Assembly (NCBI GenBank): GCA_951406725.2
Contig: OX597826.1
Location: forward strand, 8,618,001 to 8,682,000
DNA: 64,000 nt
Direction: 5' to 3'
Origin: Octopus vulgaris
Lineage: Eukaryota
Positions 14,463-29,699 of the stretch are shown piece by piece. The stretch's first letter is position 1, and every line of letters starts with the position of its first letter. The translations under genes were made by a program, and so were the position numbers. Under the pieces are notes generated by a model that saw only the letters and a program-made list of their open reading frames with translations, searched no databases and was not told the DNA's origin.

Positions 14463-14896
14463 TATATATATATATATATATATGCACATATATATATATG
14501 CACACATATATATATACAAACGTACACACATGCATACTTATACATATATATATTATATATACATACATACATCTATATATACATATACATACACATATGT
14601 GCATATATATGCATAGACATGTAAAGAAACATACATACACACACACATACATACATACACACACACATACATACATACATACATACATACACACATGCAT
14701 ACATACATACATCTATATATACATATACATACACATATACACACATATGCATAGACATGCATACATACTTACACACACATACATACATACATACATACAT
14801 ACATACACACAAGCATTTTCGTGTTTGATTTACTTAATGTCTTCTCGTGTTTGCTCCCCACTTAACGAACGAATACGTCTATGCATGTGTTAGTGC

Positions 14897-15003
<107 letters not shown>

Positions 15004-15819
15004 TTTATGCGTGTACGTTGTAAATCAGAATTTGCGAAAGAAAACAAAAAACAAAAGAACGACACAACAGTTGCGGAAGCGAACTGAAGATGTCGTACTT
15101 ATAGACCAATGTGCAACTAGTAACACAGAGACTCGTTTGCCCATCTTTAGGAAACTTATAAGCACTTTACACACACACATACGCACAACACACACACATG
15201 CGCGGTTGCATACACTCCTTCACACATATACACGCATACACACACTTACATACGTGCACACATTCAAATACCCGCACATGGATACTTATGTATGTGCACG
15301 TTTGTGTGAATGATGTGCGTTAGTATATGCATGTCTATGCTTGTCTATGCATATACGTATACATAGTACCTTTCTGTAGAAGAGCGTAGGCTCGAAATGT
15401 AAAAGACTTTTTCTTTTCCTGAGCGTTATACTAATACATCTGTTTGTTTTGTACACCACCTGTCTTCGTCTTTTGTTTTTTTTTTTTTTTTTTCGTAAAC
15501 TCTCCCTACATAGTACCACTGATACATATACGTCTGTTTATGCATTTGCATCGCATCAATATAGATACAAGTACATACACACACACACACGCACATACAG
15601 GCACACATATGTGTGACATACAGGCACACATATGTGTGTGTGGGAAGAATATTTGTGTGGGAATATATATCTTAATAAATGTTATATATGCATACATATG
15701 CATGTATATATGTCTGCATGTATGTATATGTATATTATGTATATGCATGTATGTATATATGTATATGTTTTTATGTATAAACATATATATACATTCACAT
15801 ATATATGTGTATGTGTGCG

Positions 15820-15864
<45 letters not shown>

Positions 15865-16484
15865 ATTTGTTTGTAGGCGTCCATGTTTGTATGTTGTCTC
15901 CTTGCGCTTGTTTGCACATCATATCGCTTTTTCCTTCCTTGGTTATCTCTCTTCCCTCTCTCACTTTCTCTCTCTCTCCCTCTCTCTCTATCTCTCTTTC
16001 TTTCCTTTTCTCTTTCTCTATCTCTATTTCTATCTCCCTCCTTACCTTTATCAATCTATCTATCTAGCTAACTTTCCCTTTGTTCTCTTGGTTTTTTTTT
16101 CACTATCCTCCTCTCCAACACCGCCCTCTCTTTTGTATATTACTGCCTTCCTTTCTCTCTTTTCTCTTCAAACAACACCCTATTCTATTCAGATGTCTCG
16201 ATAATCGATCTTTATCCTAATCCTTTATTATTCATTTATCGAATATCTTCTTTAATCACCGATATCGTTGAAATTTTTTTATTTTACTTTTGATTCAATT
16301 TTTTTATAGAATTTTTAATTTTGAAAAGTTGAGTATTTTTTTTTATATCTTCATTTCAGTTCGTGTTTTGTTTTTGAACCATACAGCTTGAAGGGCGGAA
16401 TTTATAGCGAAAATATAATAATCGATATTTATTGGGCAAGAAAATATAATCTAAAAATAGAAATGTCAATAGTTTCTCTCTTTC

Positions 16485-16531
<47 letters not shown>

Positions 16532-16737
16532 CCAAATTCTTCCAGATACTTCCTGTTATTCTACCAAAGTATTTCCAACTGCTTCTTCCCTGCGACAAAT
16601 TTAATTATTATTAAAATAATCCGTTAATCCGCTGTCTGTTACATGGTTTATACAGATTTCAAAATATAGACACACGAGGAGAAATATTTCAGGAAGAGAA
16701 ATTTGTCGATTATTAAGAGGATCTCCGTCGGTTACGA

Positions 16738-16880
16738 TGATGAGAATTCACATTATTTACATTCGACGATATTTGTCCTCATCTTTCTTGTTGTTAATAC
16801 AACGTTTCGGCTGATATACCCTCCAGCCTTCAGGGGTCTTGGTGAGATTTCGAACCTGGGTTCTCATAAGACATTTCGAA
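16738..16880 (-). mobile_element. PLE terminal fragment of the 49 kb/55 kb family with a deleted HHR core
   Basis: gtcctcatct..caacgtttcggctgatataccctccagccttcagg..cgaacctgggttctcat matches 55020-55125. Confidence 0.8.
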
Positions 16881-16914
16881 AAAGCGATAAATATATGAAT
16901 ATACGTATATATAT

Positions 16915-17225
16915 CACGTGATCACGTGACCGACCAGACCATCAGATGTTGCTACAAATCGCTGGTCACAATGCGTTCGCATTGTTTTAGCCTTTTGAAT
17001 GACGCCACCCCGCTGGCTAAGCGAGCAGGCCAACGGAAGGAAGAGTGGGAGAAAGAGTAGTGAAAGAGTACAGCAGGGATCACCACCCCCTGCCGGAGCC
17101 TCGTGGAGCGTTTTAGGTGTTTTCGCTCAATAAACACTTACACTGGGAATCGAAACCGCGATCCTACGACCGCGATCCTACGACCGCGAGTCCGCTGCCC
17201 TAACCACTGGACCATTTCGCCTACA
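16915..17225 (-). mobile_element. tRNA-derived SINE with a small internal duplication in its head
   Basis: Head is shared with 6915 and 36129; cgcgatcctacgac is duplicated at ~17157-17185. Confidence 0.85.
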
Positions 17226-17732
17226 CGTATATATAGATGGATATATATATAAACACTTGCAAACGTGAGTTGGCTTGCGGTGTATTCTGCCGTTGTACCT
17301 TTGCGATCCAATAAATCTTGAACAAGCTTTGGCAATCTTCGTGAGCTGGGTATTATGGCCACATGAAAATACAACTTGTTTGATGAAGAGCCAGCGACGG
17401 AACTTCTACATTTTCTCAACACTTGAACGAATTTGAAGCTAAATTAACCCTCAAATCATCTGTCACATGTGTTAAGTATGACTGGGGTACATTAGATAAT
17501 AAGAATTTTCCAACAGCAGCGCCATCTTTAGTTTCACTTTTAGCATCTTTGTCTCGCGAAATAAAGATATTAGGACAGGTGTTATTTGGATTGTGGTGCG
17601 ACGGTCGGGTGAGTATTTGGTGCATTGGGATCCGTGTGACAAAGTGCTCGTCCGTTAGACACTGTTTTTCTAACACTCAGGTTAGAAAAAAAACACCGTT
17701 GAAGACTGATATAAATCAATATTAGTGTGTCA

Positions 17733-18135
17733 AAAGGCGGTGAACTGGCAGAATCGTTAGCACGCCGGGCAAAATGCTTAGCGGCAATTCGCCCTGAGTT
17801 CAAATCCCGCCGAGGTTGGCTTTGCTTTCATTCTATCGTGATCGATAAAACAATAACCAATTGAACATTGGAATCGATGTAATCGACTTACCCCGTCGCC
17901 ACAAAAATTGCTGGCCTTGTGCCAAAATTTGAAATCAATATTAGCGCAACGGATAAAGTACTCAACGGCATTTCTTCCGACTCTTTACGATATGAGTTCA
18001 AATCTTGACGTGGACAATTTCGCCTTTCATCCTTCGGGATCGATAAAATAACTATCAGCCAAGTATTGGAAGGTGATGTAATGATTTGTCTCCTCCTCTC
18101 AAATTGCTGTCCTTGTGCCAAAAATTAGAAAAAAT
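17733..18135 (+). mobile_element. Two tandem SINEs of the gcctttcatcctttcggggtcgataaa family (possibly Meta/MESC domain)
   Basis: ggcggtgaactggcagaatcgttagc head and tgagttcaaat B box. Further copies at ~21755-21935(-), 40385-40610, 49430-49650, 54373-54604(-), 55730-55945 and 58950-59163. Confidence 0.8.
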
Positions 18136-18602
18136 TATTGAGTATCATCCTTCTAAATTTGCCCAGATATGCTTTGCAGTCACTCTTCGCACATGTTTTA
18201 ATCTGGGATGATTTCACTTAGAGGATGAAGCTTTGACCCCACAACGTTTTGCCCTGGAACGGAGGGCCCAGCAAACAGAGAAACAGGCTATGTAGATTAC
18301 AGGTTTTGCAGCATCCGTAGCCTCTCTCTTTCTCTGTTCCCTGATCGTCCCATCCAAGGGATACACAATCATTGAATATTACATATATATGTTGTGTCTA
18401 ACAAAAAAAAAATAATGATAAATGAGATCGCCACGTCCGGAACGCTTTTATTGTCATAGGCCAGCTTGATCACGGACCCACCTGCGCTCAATAAACAAGA
18501 AAAGCAAATTACCCGATGACAACCCAACGGAAAAAAAACCTGTTCACAGTTACTTGACCTTCTTGAAATAGCAGTCAAAGTTCATAGAATTCATATGATA
18601 TC

Positions 18603-18888
18603 TTTCGTTTTGGGATTTGGTTTGCAAGATTCTTTATGTGAGTTTGTGTGTTGAAGCATGTTCTGTTGTGTCTGGGGAGAGTCATTTTCTTTTTGTGCCT
18701 TATAATTTAACACACTCACCGGTAAAATTTCCACATATCTTATTTTTTTTATTTTCCTAAAATTTTCGTTGCGTCTTGCAACCTTTTCAATAATCTTGAC
18801 TCTGTCCGTTAATAAATGGAAATTTTACCGGTGAGTGTTAAATTACAACGCACAAAGAGAAAATGACTCTCCCCAGACACAACAGAAC
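18603..18888. mobile_element. Fold-back element (arms ~18660-18733 / 18817-18888) with 11-bp TSD; probable PLE derivative with a degenerate HHR on - strand (~18755-18792)
   Basis: TSD catatgatatc (18592) / catacgatatc (18889). Reverse core reads TTGAAAAg-gttgc-aagac-gcaac-GAAAATTT. Tail is homologous to 60050-60095. Confidence 0.7.
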
Positions 18889-18932
18889 CATACGATATCA
18901 TTTTTGAGAAAAAGACGATAATGTTAAATAAT

Positions 18933-19194
18933 AAATAAAATATAAATGCGCCCTTTTAAAGCCCTAACCAGGCTCATGGGCCAGTTTCCCGGTTTCTAGG
19001 GCGTATGTCTTCCCCAGTTGAACGGGACGCCAGTCCATCGCAGCGTTACTCATTTTCGCCAGCTGAGTGAACTGGAGCAACATGAAATAAAATGTTTTGC
19101 TCAAGAACACAACGCGTCGCCCGGTCCAGGAATCGAAACCACAATCTTACGATCATGATGCTGACACCCTAACCACTAAGCCACGCGCCTCCAC
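18933..19194 (-). mobile_element. Full-length tRNA/CORE-like SINE with TSD
   Basis: Matches 6916-7164; TSD aatgttaaataat / aatgctaaataat. Confidence 0.88.
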
Positions 19195-19852
19195 AATGCT
19201 AAATAATGCTGTCCTCGAAATCAACTCTAAATTTCACAAAAATAATACCAGACGGTCGAGTTTGTAAATACCATCGATCATGAATTTGTTACATACCAGG
19301 GATTTACATGGGACTAAATAACAACAACAACAACAACAATATTAACGACGGCAACAACATCAATATCAACAACTTGCCTGAATGAAAATGGTACTTTTGA
19401 AAAATAACGCAAAAACAAATTTCTTGCGATATTGATCAGAACAGTACTGCATGACTAGACAATTATAAAAAAAAAAAAAAGGAGGAAGAAAACGTAAAAG
19501 AAAAAAAGAAAACCAGAACGAACGAATACGCATAATATCATAAATTTATTCAAAAATCATTCTGCTGTTTTTTCGATGGAATTGGGTGGGGGGTGTGGGA
19601 GATTCAAAATAATATTTTTATTGTATTTATTTGTTTGTTTTTCTCTACGATAGAAACACACAGAAAGAAAAACTGGTAGATGTTCAGAGTAAACGATTTC
19701 TGGACGTATTCAGAATCTCGATTGCTTCACAAAACATCAATGGACAACCTGCAGAGAATACAGGAGTGTTCCAGTAACGATTGACGCCGGCTAACCTTTG
19801 CATTAACCAACAATACTTTCATGCTTTTTTTTTTACCTTACTTAAAAAAAAA

Positions 19853-19904
<52 letters not shown>

Positions 19905-20255
19905 GTTATTATTATTATTATTGTTATTATTATTATTGTTATTATTATTATTGTTATTATTATTATTGTTATTATTATTATTATTATCATTATTATTATT
20001 ACTATTTGATTCTTCTAGTGGAATATCAGAAGCAAATAGTCTAGATAATAGACAGATATAATCGGTTGTAAAGAATGCTACGATTCTTTACAGCGAATAC
20101 TCTGTCGCGGGTTTGCAGGGAGTGCGTACACACACGTGCACACACCACACACACACACACACAAACAAACACACAGATACATATAAATGTGTGTGTGCAT
20201 CAAGTTTCTTGGGAATTAAACCTGATATATATATATGTATGCATGTATATATATA

Positions 20256-20357
<102 letters not shown>

Positions 20358-20364
20358 TACATGC

Positions 20365-20396
<32 letters not shown>

Positions 20397-20476
20397 CGTG
20401 ATGACGATGGGGAAGATGAAATCGCAACAACAACCCAAATGACGTCAGAAATCTCAGGCAGAGCAACTTCGACATT

Positions 20477-20599
20477 GAAGAAGAAATAGAAGAAGAAGAA
20501 GAAGAAGAAGAAGAAGAAGAAGAAGAAGAAGAAGAAGAAGAAGAAGAAGAAGAAGAAGAAGAAGAAGAAGAAGAAGAAGAAGAAGAAGAAGAAGAAGAA
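20477..20599. repeat. (GAA)n microsatellite
   Basis: Read directly; a second array is at 49958-50077. Confidence 0.97.
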
Positions 20600-20699
20600 T
20601 ATTGGGAATGTTTTAGAAGTTGGAAATTCTAAAGATGGTGATCATAAACAAAGCAAACTGCACTTAAAAATAAAGAATTAAATTAATCTCAAAGATAAA

Positions 20700-23615
20700 A
20701 CGCTAAAATAGCATCAACAATAAAATGAAACTGCAAACTGGCCAGTCCAGACTTTATGAAAACAAACCACGAACATCAATAACACCAGGTTACGGAATAT
20801 AATAGTTGCAGGAGCCGCCGCTGTGTAAACTAGAAAACTGGTTACTTACTCGCTCATGTCTCGCAGGAATACCAGAACTGAAAGAAACTATAAGGAGATC
20901 ACACGTGCAGTAAATACAAGAATATAACTTAAAAGGTCCCTCAGCTCTGGAGACTGGATGACTAGTAAAGAGAGGAGGACTTAGAACAGAAATATAGCAT
21001 GATAAAAATCAAGTACACAATGGAATACAGTTCCTAACACAAGCGATTATTGCAAAAATCATTGAAAAATAAACCTCATATAGAACGGGACAACGATTCT
21101 TAGAGCAAAATAAACAGGTCGACTTAAACCTAAGAAGATTTTCACAAGAACTAGATAAAAAAATAAGGCAAAGCTCGCTACGGCAGCAATAACAAGAAAC
21201 CTGGCAAGGTATATCGAGAGCGAAGGAAGCATCAGCATTGACATTCTTAGAAAAACAAATGCAAGTGAATAATCGTACGGGTCTAACACAAGTATTACCT
21301 GAAGAACTGCCACCACAGAAATAGAATAAAAAGAACCATGATAAAATCTTAAATTTCGGATTAAAAGATTTGAAATGAACCTTTAATATGAAAGTAAAAA
21401 TAATGATAGTGCTAGAGTCTGAGACAAGATCTGGTTGGCTAAATTAGGGACAATACCCAAGGGTAAAGGAAGAGCAAATCCTAAGGTAAGACTAAAGACC
21501 CATAACTTGCAATCGTATCTGATTGACTACAAGAAAAGTTTTAAGAATTTTCGTCATACGAAAGTATTAGCCATAAGTAGGGTAGCGCCTGTAATAAGTA
21601 GATATATCATATATTTCATGAGTACAAAACGAACAATCCTACAGATGTCAAAAAAGCGGTATTTATGAAATAACTTCTTTTCATTAGAAGAATTATGCCA
21701 AAAACATTCCCATTTCTTTTCTGCTTAACACTAACAATTTTAACCAACATATGATTTCAAATTTTGCTATGAGGCCAGCAATTTCGGGAGAGAAATTAGT
21801 GGTCAGCTGGTACTTATTTTATCAATTACAAAAGGATGAAACACAAAGTCGACTGCGGTGGAAATTGAACTTAGAACATACAGAATGCCGCTAAGTAGTT
21901 TGTCCCGTGTTAACGATTCTACTACCTCACCGTCTTAATTTTAGATTTCACCAATATATTGTTTAACCTGTCCAGACTCAGATACAAATTCTGCAGAAAG
22001 AGAATCAATCATTCATTGCATGTGAACGACCTCCAGTTTTATGCTACGAATGATAACAGCCAGCAATGCTGCTTTGGAGAGTTCACGGATTTACCAGAGA
22101 GATTAATTTGAGAAGAGGATCAGAAAACGCGCAAAGGAAACACTGACTAGAGAAAAAATAATTAAGAAGACCAAAGTCATGGTGGATAAGAGATAACCGA
22201 ATGGAGATAAAAGAATTACAGCAAATAAGAATGAGCGAATAACTCTAAATAAGGACTTACATATAATTAGGAGTCAATAACCAAGAGGGTGCAACATAAA
22301 TGAATGAAACGATTACGAAGAAATATTATAATAAAGTGGGATAATGCTTGAAGATTAATAGGTTAATACTTAAAGATTAATACTTAAACAGAGATAAATC
22401 TTGAATAACGATAATAGACATCGGTATACTCGGTCTACCAATAATAAGTTATAGATATCATATTTTCAACTGAACATACGAATTAGCAAATTGGTAAACC
22501 AAAAGACAAGGAATATAATGACTACCTTTGGATCACGCAATACATATGGTAAATATATTTACCATGTGTTTACCACGAATACATATGGTTAAATATATTT
22601 GCCACGAATACATATGGTAAAATATATTTACCATATATTTGCCACAAATACAGAAAGCTATTATGTAACTAAATATCTATCGGGAGAAAACCAACAAAGC
22701 AATTCAAAAATATCTAGTAAAATTTTGTAGACAACTAATACAAATTGCTCCAAAACGCCAACATAACAAAAAAAAAATTGTCTTTTCTGTTTTCAAAGGA
22801 ACCAACAAATTGAAAATATTTTTCTTCAAAACTGTCTGAAATGACTGGCAAATTTGAGGATACGGAAAAAACAGCTAGAAAAATTATGAATTGTGCAGAA
22901 AACACTATGGTGAGGATGTGGCTGTAGAATTTCATACTGAAATGATACAAAGAAAAGCCCCTATTGCGACAATACCTGAAAAAAATATGAACAAGGATCA
23001 ATTAGAGAAGGAAGAATCGCATCGCAGACTGAGAACCGCTGAGTGTAAAGGCGTGACTGAAGGATTCTTGGTTGTGGCAGAAGATCAAAGACTTCCCACG
23101 AGTAACCGTAAAAGACATGTAATCAAGCGGAAGACATTTATTAACAGCAGAATATATGGTGCTTTCATACACTGGAAATTGTTCCAGTGTTATGAAATCC
23201 CAAAAGAAGAGAGACAGCATAAACACACACCAGAAAAAGGTCTAGAATGGCAAAGCAACCGTATTGAGGGATATGTCAGTCAAGGAGAACAAGGTTAATC
23301 GACCGGATGTTGTTGTCATTGACGACAGGAAAGGAAAAGCAGCATCCATTTTTGAAGTATCTATCACAACTGACGATAAACTATCTCTGAAAGGTATGAA
23401 GAAACTACCCAAATATAATAATATAGAATTAGAGATAACCAGGATGTGGAGAAAGAAAATAGAAATCATCCCTATAATATTTGGTGCCTTAGAAATAAAA
23501 AATAAAAACAGACGAATGCGTAACCAGATTCTCGAATCTTATATATGTGCATAACATGCAGAAAGCGACAATACTTGACACGGCATGCATATCACGTGAC
23601 ACTGTTGTCAATACA
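20700..23615 (+). mobile_element. Highly degraded R4/Dong-like RLE LINE, interrupted by a SINE
   Basis: TEGFLVVAEDQRLPT; restriction-like endonuclease NRPDVVVID..KY..E.EITRMW..IEIIPIIFGAL (23264-23554); MQKATILDTA near the end. The 5' boundary is uncertain. Confidence 0.78.
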
Positions 23616-23758
23616 ATAGAAAATAAAAAACCGAAGTAAAACATAACCCATGCAGGTATTCACAAAAATATTAAAAGCAAACAATAGAAATAAAGTTTTG
23701 AATTTGTTTCGCAGGAATTTTGATCTGAAACTATGAGTTGAAATCAATATTGTTATAT

Positions 23759-23959
23759 TGGGATGAGTTGAGTCGTAATTAATTAGTAAGGCCTATAAAT
23801 ACAGTCAACAGTTGTTGTTTGTCTATCTTTCACTTTTTTTTCATTTTCTTTCTTTTTTGCGCGATGATTAAGAAAAGGGGAAAAAAAGAGAAATGAAATG
23901 TAGACAAACAAGAATTGGTTAGTGTGTTTATAGGCTTTATTAATTACGACTCTTCCCAA
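23759..23959. repeat. Diverged ~75-bp inverted repeat (MITE-like)
   Basis: ttggga..gagtcgtaattaat..gcctataaa..ttgtttgtcta pairs with tagacaaacaa..tttataggc..attaattacgactc..tcccaa. Confidence 0.7.
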
Positions 23960-24001
23960 CTATAACAGTAATAAAAAGACAATATTATGACTCCAGAATA
24001 A

Positions 24002-24505
<504 letters not shown>

Positions 24506-24908
24506 AAATGAAGATGTGGTTGTAATAAAGGGAAAATGGAAGAAATTGAAATTTAGTTTTTTCCAAGTTCAGTAGAATATTAGATTCCATATGATTCCTG
24601 AAGATTTGTTTTGCGATGTCTTATTAATATTTTCTCCAAAGTGCGTACAATTATTTAAGTGATCGTATATGTATTTGAACATGTGTATACCAGTGTGTGT
24701 GTGTGTGTGTGTGTGCATGTGTGTGTGTTGTGTGCGTGTATGTGTGTGAGTGTGTGAGTGCGTGTGTGTTTGTCTGTATGTACACACATCACATAACGAT
24801 ACATAGATATACATACCAACACAAATATAGATATACATGCGTATATGCAGTCGTATAGTTATATCTGTATGTACACAAACATATGCACAGATGTATGTAT
24901 TATGTATG

Positions 24909-24995
<87 letters not shown>

Positions 24996-25072
24996 TTATA
25001 AATACACATCAAGATATGTAAATATGCAATTATCGCTATAGATAATAAAAATATGTGTGTGTATGTATGTAC

Positions 25073-25105
<33 letters not shown>

Positions 25106-25171
25106 CATATATATATGCATATATATATACACATATGTACATATATACATATATATACACATATTTATGTG

Positions 25172-25211
<40 letters not shown>

Positions 25212-25261
25212 TCTATATGTCTATATACATATATCTGTGTGTATATGTAATGCATACGTGC

Positions 25262-25310
<49 letters not shown>

Positions 25311-26056
25311 CATACATATGTATATGTATGTATATATATGTGGGTGTATATACGAATATGTACATTCATATATTATACATATATATAAGTGTATATATAT
25401 GCGTGTGTATGTGTGTTTGTATTAACATATACAATTGCGAATATATATGCGCATATAGACACATATAAGCAAACATACAGGCATATGCTGACATACATGC
25501 ATACACACATATACACATATACACATACACACATAATACATACATACATACATACATACATACATACATACATACATTCATACATACTACCATATATATG
25601 AATAATGTGAAGCAATCAATATGCGCCATGGATAAACTTATCTTTATTTCTTACAATGTTTATTTATTCTATATTTGTGTGTATTTTTCAACATTGCGAA
25701 TCTTTAAACTACTCAAAATAACTTGCCATATTATTTTCAGTAAACCAAAATTGAATTCATAAAGATAATATGAAAAATAAATTAGAAAACATAGTTGAAA
25801 TGTCAATTGATAGTGTAGAATCGCGAAATAAAAACCGAGTAATATATATGCGTGTGTACGTATGAATATGTCTGTTTATGTATGTATGTATGCATGTATG
25901 TATGCATGCATGCATGTATGTATGTATGTATATATAAGTACGTATGTATGTATATGTGTACCAATATGTATCAATAGTGATGTACATATGAATTGATATA
26001 AATATACGTTATTCGCTTGTTTTCCCATATACGCTATGCGTCATAATATATGTGTA

Positions 26057-26087
<31 letters not shown>

Positions 26088-26240
26088 CGTGTTTGTGTAT
26101 GTATGTGTGTGTACATATGCATATCTATATATCTATCCATCCGTCTTTCTATCTGTTTATCGATCTATTTATCTATTTTTCCCTCTTTCTCTCTTTCTTT
26201 CTCGCTGTCTCTCTCTCTCTCTTGATATATATATATAGAC

Positions 26241-26281
<41 letters not shown>

Positions 26282-26345
26282 TACACGTCTATATATATAT
26301 ACGTATATATATATATATTTATATGTATATATATATATGTGTGTA

Positions 26346-26423
<78 letters not shown>

Positions 26424-26428
26424 TATAC

Positions 26429-26480
<52 letters not shown>

Positions 26481-26498
26481 TATGCATATATATATATA

Positions 26499-26576
<78 letters not shown>

Positions 26577-26742
26577 GCATATATATATATATACACACAC
26601 ACATACATACATATACATGTGTGTGTGTATGTATCTTTGCACTGATGTTAGCGCTAAACGTAAACTGTCTGTCGTAGTACAAGCGCGGAATTAGCCGCTC
26701 TCATTGAAGAGACATCCTGGCCGTTTGCTGTTCGACAGACGA

Positions 26743-28112
26743 TGGAAAACCAAGTCTAACCAATATGCCTAACTTGCAAACAGGTTGGGATTAGCGACAG
26801 GAAGAGCATCTGGCAGTAAAAACCTGTTCCTAATGTAATATCCGTCCAAACCGGTACCAGCTAAGAAAACGGATAACCAAATAAAATAATGAATACATAA
26901 AATAGAATAAACTAATAATATATGTATTTAAACGTACGATTACCATATTGTGGCAGGTTATTCAATATCCTGGGATGAAGCAGAGGCGTGGAGAGGACCT
27001 TCTTAAATGAGAATCGCTAGAGATAGAAGTATCGTCCTTCCCGGCTATTTTGGCGCAGTTTCTTCCGTAGATGTTGAAGATTCGGTTGCAGTTGAAGATT
27101 GCCTTATCCGCTTCGTAATAAAAGGCATCCATACTTGACTGCTTATATTACATTTCTGCACCTTCCAAATATCGATTAAGTGCGTCATTGATGTGATTCA
27201 GGCCCAGCTTCATAGCAGATATGTATTGATGATAATCCACTGACAATTTAGAGATTTTATTATAAAAAGAGAACAACGAGAGAACAACTCTATAAGACAC
27301 TCTTTGTGAAGCTGTACCATATCTTCGGTGGTTCGTTCATTCCTATATTCCGCCACATTTTTTCCACCCCCAGAGCCATTGTCCGCCCAGACTGACATTT
27401 TGTTACTCAGCAGACTCTTCCTCTATTTCTAAAAACCTTCAAAGATTTTTAGGAGCAGAGCTTCCAGTCACACGACCTCCAAACAGCTCGTAGATAACAC
27501 TCCGAAACCTCCTTCCAAGCTTATACAATCATTAGCACTGCATCAGAAATATTAAACTGATTTTAATAAATATCCTTTACTGTCACATCTATGAAAGAAA
27601 TAATCTTGAAACATTTTATAAAGAGAGCCGTCATTTAGAGCTTTTAAAAATTAGAAACAAATTGCTGGGTCATAGCGTGGAGAGAAATTTTGTTGGGGAG
27701 CAGAAAGGGAACAGTTACAACCCTAAACTATTCCGGCAGTTTGGACCTTCAAATAAGAAAAAGGGCGCTGAGGTATTATCCATATCTATGTAAGTGGAGG
27801 CACATGGCCTAGTGGTTAGAGCAGCGGACTCGCGGTCGAGGGATCGCGGGTTGCAATCTCAGACCGGGCGATGTGTGTGTTTATGAGCGAAACATCTAAG
27901 CCCCACGCGGCTCCGGCAGAAGATAATGGCGAACTTCTGCTGACTCTTTCTCCACAATTTTCTCTCACACTTTCCTCCTGCATCTTGCAGCTCACCTACG
28001 ACGGACCGGTGTCCTGTCCAGGTGGAAAACTTATACGCCAAGAAAACCGGGAAACCAGCCCTTTTGAGCCAGTCATGGCTCAATAAGGAACAAACAACAA
28101 CATATCTATGAA
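26743..28112 (-). repeat. Left arm of a 1.37-kb inverted duplication (derived copy of 30118-31487)
   Basis: Reverse complement of 30118-31487 with ~14 substitutions by eye. The same 62-aa ORF is in both arms. Contains a SINE at 27791-28100 with TSD catatctatg. Confidence 0.93.
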
Positions 28113-28518
28113 CCCAGAACCATGTGGTTGGGAAGCAAACACTTTACCACAGAACCACGCCTTACTTGTTTCAGTCATTAGACTGCGATCATACTGGAGC
28201 ACCGCCTTGATGATTTTTTTTAGTCGAATGTATCAACCCCAGTACTTGTTTGTTTGAAACCTGGTACTTATTCTATCCGACTTTTTTTCCCGAACCTCTA
28301 AGTTACGGGGACGTAAACACACCAGCACCGGTTGTGAAATGGTGGTGGTGGGATCAAGACAGACACACACACACACATATATACGACGCGCTCCTTTCAG
28401 TGTCCGTCCTCCAAATCCCCCCATAAGACTTTTGGTCGGCCCAAGGTTATAGTAGAAGACAAGGTGCTATGCAGTGGGACTGAACCTAGAACTATGTGGT
28501 AGGGAAGCAAGCTTCTTG

Positions 28519-28558
<40 letters not shown>

Positions 28559-29287
28559 TTATTCATGAACTTATTGTTTTACGATGAAGTGGCTCAGTCG
28601 GCTCAGCGAAACTTCATTTAGCGCCAATAATTGTACTTGTGCATCATCAGCTCTATTTGCTAGAAATAGCAGCTAAAAAGCTTAATGTCTTCAGATCCAA
28701 CACTGCTGTCTAAACGATAACAAAAAAACCCACACAGAAAAGTAAAATAATGATATTTTGGATAATGAACCTTAGATAGATTAATAACTGAAAAAAAAGA
28801 AGAAAAGAACCAAAGAAAATTATTTATGACAAAACAAAATTGTAAGTTGGCCGGATCAGAGCTGAGCTGGGGGTAAAGTCACAACAACGACGATGATACC
28901 AACATCACCAATACCACCACCACCACCACCACCACCACCACCAGTAAGAAGAATAAAAAGAAGAAGAAGAAGAACAATAACAACAACAATAACAATTTGC
29001 AATATCTTTTTAATATTTTGGCATAAAAACAAGAGTCTGTTTTTAGCTTATTGAGAACTGACTGCAATTTAACGAAATGTTTAGCTGGGTGAGAATTACG
29101 TTGTGTTATTGTGACGAATTTGGCACAAGTACATAATAAGATCATTCATCCATCGAGCAAATAGTATTAATAATGCATTTACAGATAAATAAAGAAACAG
29201 TGAGTCAGGAGATTTTGTGCAGAAGTGTAATCCATAATAAAGAACATATTTTTCTGTAGATAAAACATACTCCTTACGTAAGCGACC

Positions 29288-29319
<32 letters not shown>

Positions 29320-29699
29320 TGTATGTATGTATGTATCTATCTATCTATCGATTTATCTATCTATCTGTCTATATCATTCTCTCTATTTCTGTCTCTCCCT
29401 CTCTCTATATATATACACACTCACACAAACACACACGTATATATATATAAATATATATTTACACACACATATATACATGTATCTATCTATCTATTTTTGT
29501 GTATGTATGTGTGTGAGTGTGTACATTAATATATATACACACACAAACATACACTTAAATCCACGAACATATACACAAACACACGTACAGACCTATACAC
29601 ACATAGACTCATACACACATATACACACATATGCATACACATACACACATATACACACATAGACTCTAGATTTATTGAAACCATTCTCTCTTCGACAAA

